A program made the position numbers and the translations under genes. The notes under the pieces are model-generated. The model was not told the origin of the DNA. It was given only the letters and a program-made list of their open reading frames with translations, and did no database searches. Positions 59,401-64,000 of a DNA stretch of 64,000 bases are shown here, piece after piece (position 1 is the stretch's first letter; every line of letters starts with the position of its first letter). Source of the stretch: Saccostrea cucullata (lineage: Eukaryota); assembly GCF_032062105.1 (NCBI RefSeq), contig NW_026935080.1, positions 496,001 through 560,000 of the forward strand, read 5' to 3'.

Positions 59401-60049
59401 AAGTATTATAATCTGTTGTATTATGGTGTTTTTTCATTACTATCAATCTTAATGGTAAGACTAAAAATTAATTCAAACAAAAATGAATATATGTCCAAGT
59501 ACTTACACACACAGACACTCATTTTTACAATTGTAATTTCCAAAATATAATATCCTGTATTTCCTAGAGTTAAGTCTTAAGTGATATAGTTTATGTTGAC
59601 CTTCGCGACTAGACCTGTTTTTAAAAGCCTAATCGATCTCGTGTTCGAACAAGTTCATGCTTACTTTCTCAAATCACAGTAGTGTTTCACGCGCGTACGG
59701 TCTGTTTACAATCGACTCCCACTGGGAACTCCAAAGGAGAACTTAGCAGGTGTCTGAGGACATTGTTACAAACATGGAGTGTATTAGTGAATTAAACATT
59801 CATAATAATACAATAGATTAACTAATTAAAAAAATAATTAATTAGAATTTAAACTTGTAAACATGATAACGTTTCATGGATCTAATTTTAAGCATTCAGT
59901 GAAATACAACAATCAAATACTTAAGATACGTGTTTAAATCTTATGTATAAGTAAATTGATATACGTTGATGTCCACTAAATATTTGAAAATGGTTTTAAT
60001 ATGAGAAAAATTACATACCCGGTTTTTCTTCTTCAGCATTGGACGCCAT
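56465..60049 (-). CDS. ARL2BP: ADP-ribosylation factor-like 2 binding protein (BART), 7 exons, 198 aa
   Basis: Exons 60019-60049, 58611-58665, 58357-58418, 58001-58107, 57737-57822, 57014-57110 and 56465-56623 total 597 nt. Motifs are FDEAVGHIEDIIM, FEDTEENKFCYTDIH and EIFEMLLTFSDFMAFKEMFLDYRAEKEGR. Confidence 0.95.
58899..59119. mobile_element. MITE in ARL2BP intron 1
   Basis: TIRs GGCCCTTTCACAAAAAATCTTAGGATTAAGACTAAA / TTTAGTCTTAGTCGTAAGATTTTTGGTGAAAAGGGCC. Confidence 0.7.
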
Positions 60050-60212
60050 GCTGGTATTTAACCGGAAGAATAGTTTTTATACTATTCGGACAAGTTTAAA
60101 TTATTTTCCGGATAGAAATTATTTTTTGAATATTAAAATTAATAAATAAATAAAATCAATGGGAAAAATAAGAGTTAGACAAAACATAAATTATGATAAA
60201 ACAAGATAATCC

Positions 60213-60213
<1 letters not shown>

Positions 60214-60278
<65 letters not shown>
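60214..60278. repeat. (AG)n microsatellite
   Basis: About 32 uninterrupted AG units. Confidence 0.98.
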
Positions 60279-60281
<3 letters not shown>

Positions 60282-60804
60282 TTTAAATAAAACTCCTTGT
60301 TTCAAGATCTTTCTTTGGGTACTACCAATTTCATTTCAGTATGAGCAATATTCGACTCATGAATTAAAATTGTTTTTTAATGCCCTGTTTGTCTTTTTAC
60401 ACTGTGCGTATGTGTATATGCTACGTAGAATATCATCTTCACGCGACCACAGGTGCTTGAGGACAAGACCCCCCCCCCCCAAGTATAGACCATCCGGGCG
60501 ATTAGGTGCCATGGAAGAATGAGCATCCCCTGTCGACTTGTCACACCCGCCGTGTGCTCTATAATCGGGAAATAACAGAAAAATCCGTCGTCAATTCAGT
60601 ATGTATATGAGTCATTTTCAAAATTTGTCCAAATTCCAACACCAGTATTTTGCAAAAATAAATGTGGCGATCTAAACTTTTTAAAGTTTTATTTTAACAT
60701 TCAAACATCATAGATGCCTGAACAATGTTAAAGCACAAAGAATTCTATTAACATATACTAAAAAAAACATTATATGTACATGGACCCAACAATAAATGTC
60801 CATG

Positions 60805-62175
60805 CCCAAGTGAAAAAAATCCTCAAACAAATCACTTTAAGAAATCACTTATGAATCAGTGATTTGAAGATGATTTGTAAGTGATGCAAATTCCCATGCA
60901 AATGAGCTAACAAATCACTCCTAACAAATTGTAAGCAAATCACCCTGAAATCACAACGAAATCACTTTGAATAAATTGTGTAGAAATCACTTCTGTTGAA
61001 CAAATCGCAACCAAATCACTCGAAATAAATTGCAAACAAATCATTTCAAATAAATTGCAAACAAATCACTTCAGTTTAACAAATCACTTTCAAATCACTC
61101 CAGGTGCATACACACGTGTGTGCATGATGCTCATGTAACCATCCCTCAGCTATTTGAAACACACATGCATGCATATTTGTTGTATATTAACAAAAATACT
61201 TTTGGCAAGAGTATTTTAAAATATAAACTTTTACTAGGATGTGTCCTAATTACATGTAAGATGGCATCATGTATTTTAGATATACACATATGACTACTTG
61301 GCTCCAAATTCAGAATATGCTATAAGCATATAATTGTTGACTTTTAGAAGTTGGTAAATGCTAATATTCTTATCTGAAATAAATATTTGTGTAGACACTT
61401 TGAAAAAGCCAGTACTTTGCTGAAGGTCATAGCTTTACATAAATTTTGTTTTAAACATTAATTTCCACCGACTTTGTTGTTGGTCTTCTGAAGAACAATA
61501 AATTGCATGTAAACATATGGAATATTAACTGAATCTAAGGAGGAAATTATAGCATAATACAGTTATACATACCTTAAAACTATATTTTGCATGGTTATGG
61601 AAAAAAACATCAGTTTCAACACAAGAAAAGAGGTATGAATCTAGAACAGCACCATCTAACTCCTTTCATTTCAATTCAAATCTGATAAATGAAAATTGGC
61701 GGTAGAGTTCTAATACTGACCAATCAGCAAGCCAGGCGGAAGTTGTGAAGTAAATCACTCTCAAATCACTCTGAAGAAGGACCATGAGATCAACAAATCA
61801 TTTACAAATCATCCAGAAGAAAGTTAACAAATCATCTTCAAATCACTTTGAAGAAAGACTAAGTTCCAGAAATCATTTTCAAATCACCTTGAAGAACGGC
61901 TAAGTTCAACAAATCATGAAGAAATCACTGTAACAATTTCCTAAGTTTAACAAATCACTCAGAAATTGTTTGAAATGGGAAAGAAATCACAAGCAAATCA
62001 CCCTTTCATAACAAATTGTAAGCAAATCATAGTCACCATTTTGGTAGAAGGTGATTTAAGCATGATTTGTTAAATGAATTGCTTACAAATCATTGAAACA
62101 AATCACTTTTAAGTGATTTTGAAGCAATTTGTAGGCAATTTGTAAGTGATTTGTTTGAAAAAATTTTCACTTGGG
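60805..62175. mobile_element. TIR element with dense AAATCAC subterminal repeats
   Basis: CCCAAGTGAAAA...TCAAACAAATCACTT at 60805 is mirrored at ~62143-62175. Many AAATCAC/GTGATTT motifs lie in 60830-61100 and 61750-62155. Confidence 0.75.
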
Positions 62176-64000
62176 TGGTGTTACTTAGTTAAAAGTCATA
62201 GTAAAATCATAATTTAAAAAAAAAATTAAGGTTTTTAGAATAACAATATCAACATAGTGATAAAATTATTCTATTGAATCAAACTGAAGTTTCATAACAC
62301 AAAATTATCAGATAAAGTATAGCTGGAAGTTGTAAGTGTTGTAACTTTTGTATATATCTTACACGTTTATATACTTAAGGCATACATCATTTACCTCAGC
62401 ACAAAATACTTGCTTTGCAAATAAACTTAGTATTAGAAAATGACAGTATTGTGTTGCAAGTTTCGATAAAATTGTATAAAGATTTAGAACATAAATATAA
62501 GAAAAATGTGTTGGTAACACCAAGGATATTTGCATAACACAAAGGATATAAAGGTTACACTAAGGATATTTTGTGTAATAGTTAGAAAGAAATAATAAAG
62601 TTGTTCTACTTCCTTCCAAAAAGGATAGTAATGAAATTACCCTAGAGGTGAATATAAGAGTATATGGTTTTAACATAAAAATTTGGCGGGGGATTTCTTT
62701 CATTATACATTTTGAGTCTGACTAGTAACACCAAGGATAAATTAGTAACAACATAGACATAACTATCCAATCATAAGATATATGACAGTAGAAAAATGAA
62801 ATCAAATTGTTATGCCCGAATAATAAATAATTACTATCAAATGACTTTGAATCATTGATCAGTACTTGTTAGTGTATTTACATATCCAAGCAGAAGCTGT
62901 AACACCAATGACAAAAAATAACACAAAGGACACCTTTAAAAGACTCAGAGGTTTACATAGATGAGTCATAGATCAGCTAGAACTAATTTTTCAATGAAGA
63001 AATAATTGTGAAACTAGAACATGTACATGTATTTGTAAATGACCAGATTTCAAATATATAGAATGCATTAATCTTTTTATGGATTTTTTACATTTTCATT
63101 TCATTTATCTACAGCTAGCCTCTTTCCACAATGAGCTCTCTACATAATACACATCTACAAGATATGATGGTGACAATATTATTAAAACATTAGCAATGCT
63201 ATACCAGCTTTTATCTTTTACAGTTTTTGGCATGTTAAAAAGGAACATGGTTTTAGGTTCTGTCTAATCCCGTGCATACATTTAAGTTCATTTTTTCTGT
63301 ATCTTTATCCAGTCTCTCTTCCAAAGGATCTGATTTCTCTTCATCTGTAGTCTGATGTTCATTATTGACTCAAATTCTTTCTCTTCCGGGGTGTCAGTCT
63401 TTTCAGTTTCTTTAGTCGGATTTCCTATCAGGAACTCTTGACTTTTTTTAATTTGTAATCTTTTTCATTTTTTTCATTGATATTTTTCTGCCCTTTTTGC
63501 TCTTGTATCCACTGATCGTTTGCCAAACTCTCATTGACAGTTCTTCAGGGTAACAATCCAACAAAGTGGCTTGAAATGTAGTGGTCTGCCACCATATCTG
63601 GCCTTGTTGTTGTCCAATGCTGCCTCGACTGTATAATCTTCACCACCACTTTCCAAAAGCTTATGTACATCCAAGGTTAAAAACTTCTTTCAGCACCAAC
63701 TTTTACAGGATGTAGAACAGTCACGAGGGATTTCAGTTGGACAAATCTGAAGAACATCCTCAACTAAATGCACAACTGTATTCTAGGGTAATGACTGGTA
63801 CATTGTCTCCTTGAAAACATCTTTTGAAATCCTTTTAGAACAGTTATGAACAATTTGTGACTTTTTCATCTAAGGGTTTACATGATTAAAGGACTTTAAA
63901 TGCATTTGCAAAGAAATGTTCCGTATCTGTTATAACTTTAAAGATATTTTCAATTCAATGATATAAATCTATCTATTACATCTTGGATTCTATTGGCTTC

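Noticed and set aside
60193-60522. 109-aa ORF with poly-RE
   Set aside because: It is a translation of the (AG)n microsatellite.

Overview
AT-rich, intron-containing eukaryotic DNA. The repeat families and gene content suggest a bivalve mollusc, probably an oyster; this is an inference. I reconstructed eight spliced genes by hand using GT-AG boundaries and exon phase: a MARVEL-domain protein (-), a speriolin/SPATC1L-like protein with a long 17-aa tandem repeat (-), an uncharacterised 180-aa gene (-) head-to-head with RCBTB1 (+), ORC6 (-), beta-syntrophin (-, last two exons corrupted), GGCT (+) and ARL2BP (-). Introns and intergenic spacers contain many non-autonomous DNA transposons (hAT, Kolobok, mariner, Helentron-like), SINE-like pieces and MITEs. 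The main unexplained structures are: (1) a 12-copy, 45-bp tandem array of a complete RCBTB1 splice acceptor; (2) two ultra-short (22 and 37 bp) palindromic insertions with 7-bp target-site duplications near promoters; (3) in-place evidence that the abundant TACATGTA octamer is a Tc1/mariner-type excision footprint; (4) a CRE cluster in front of the speriolin-like gene; and (5) several indel-riddled segments that may be assembly noise.
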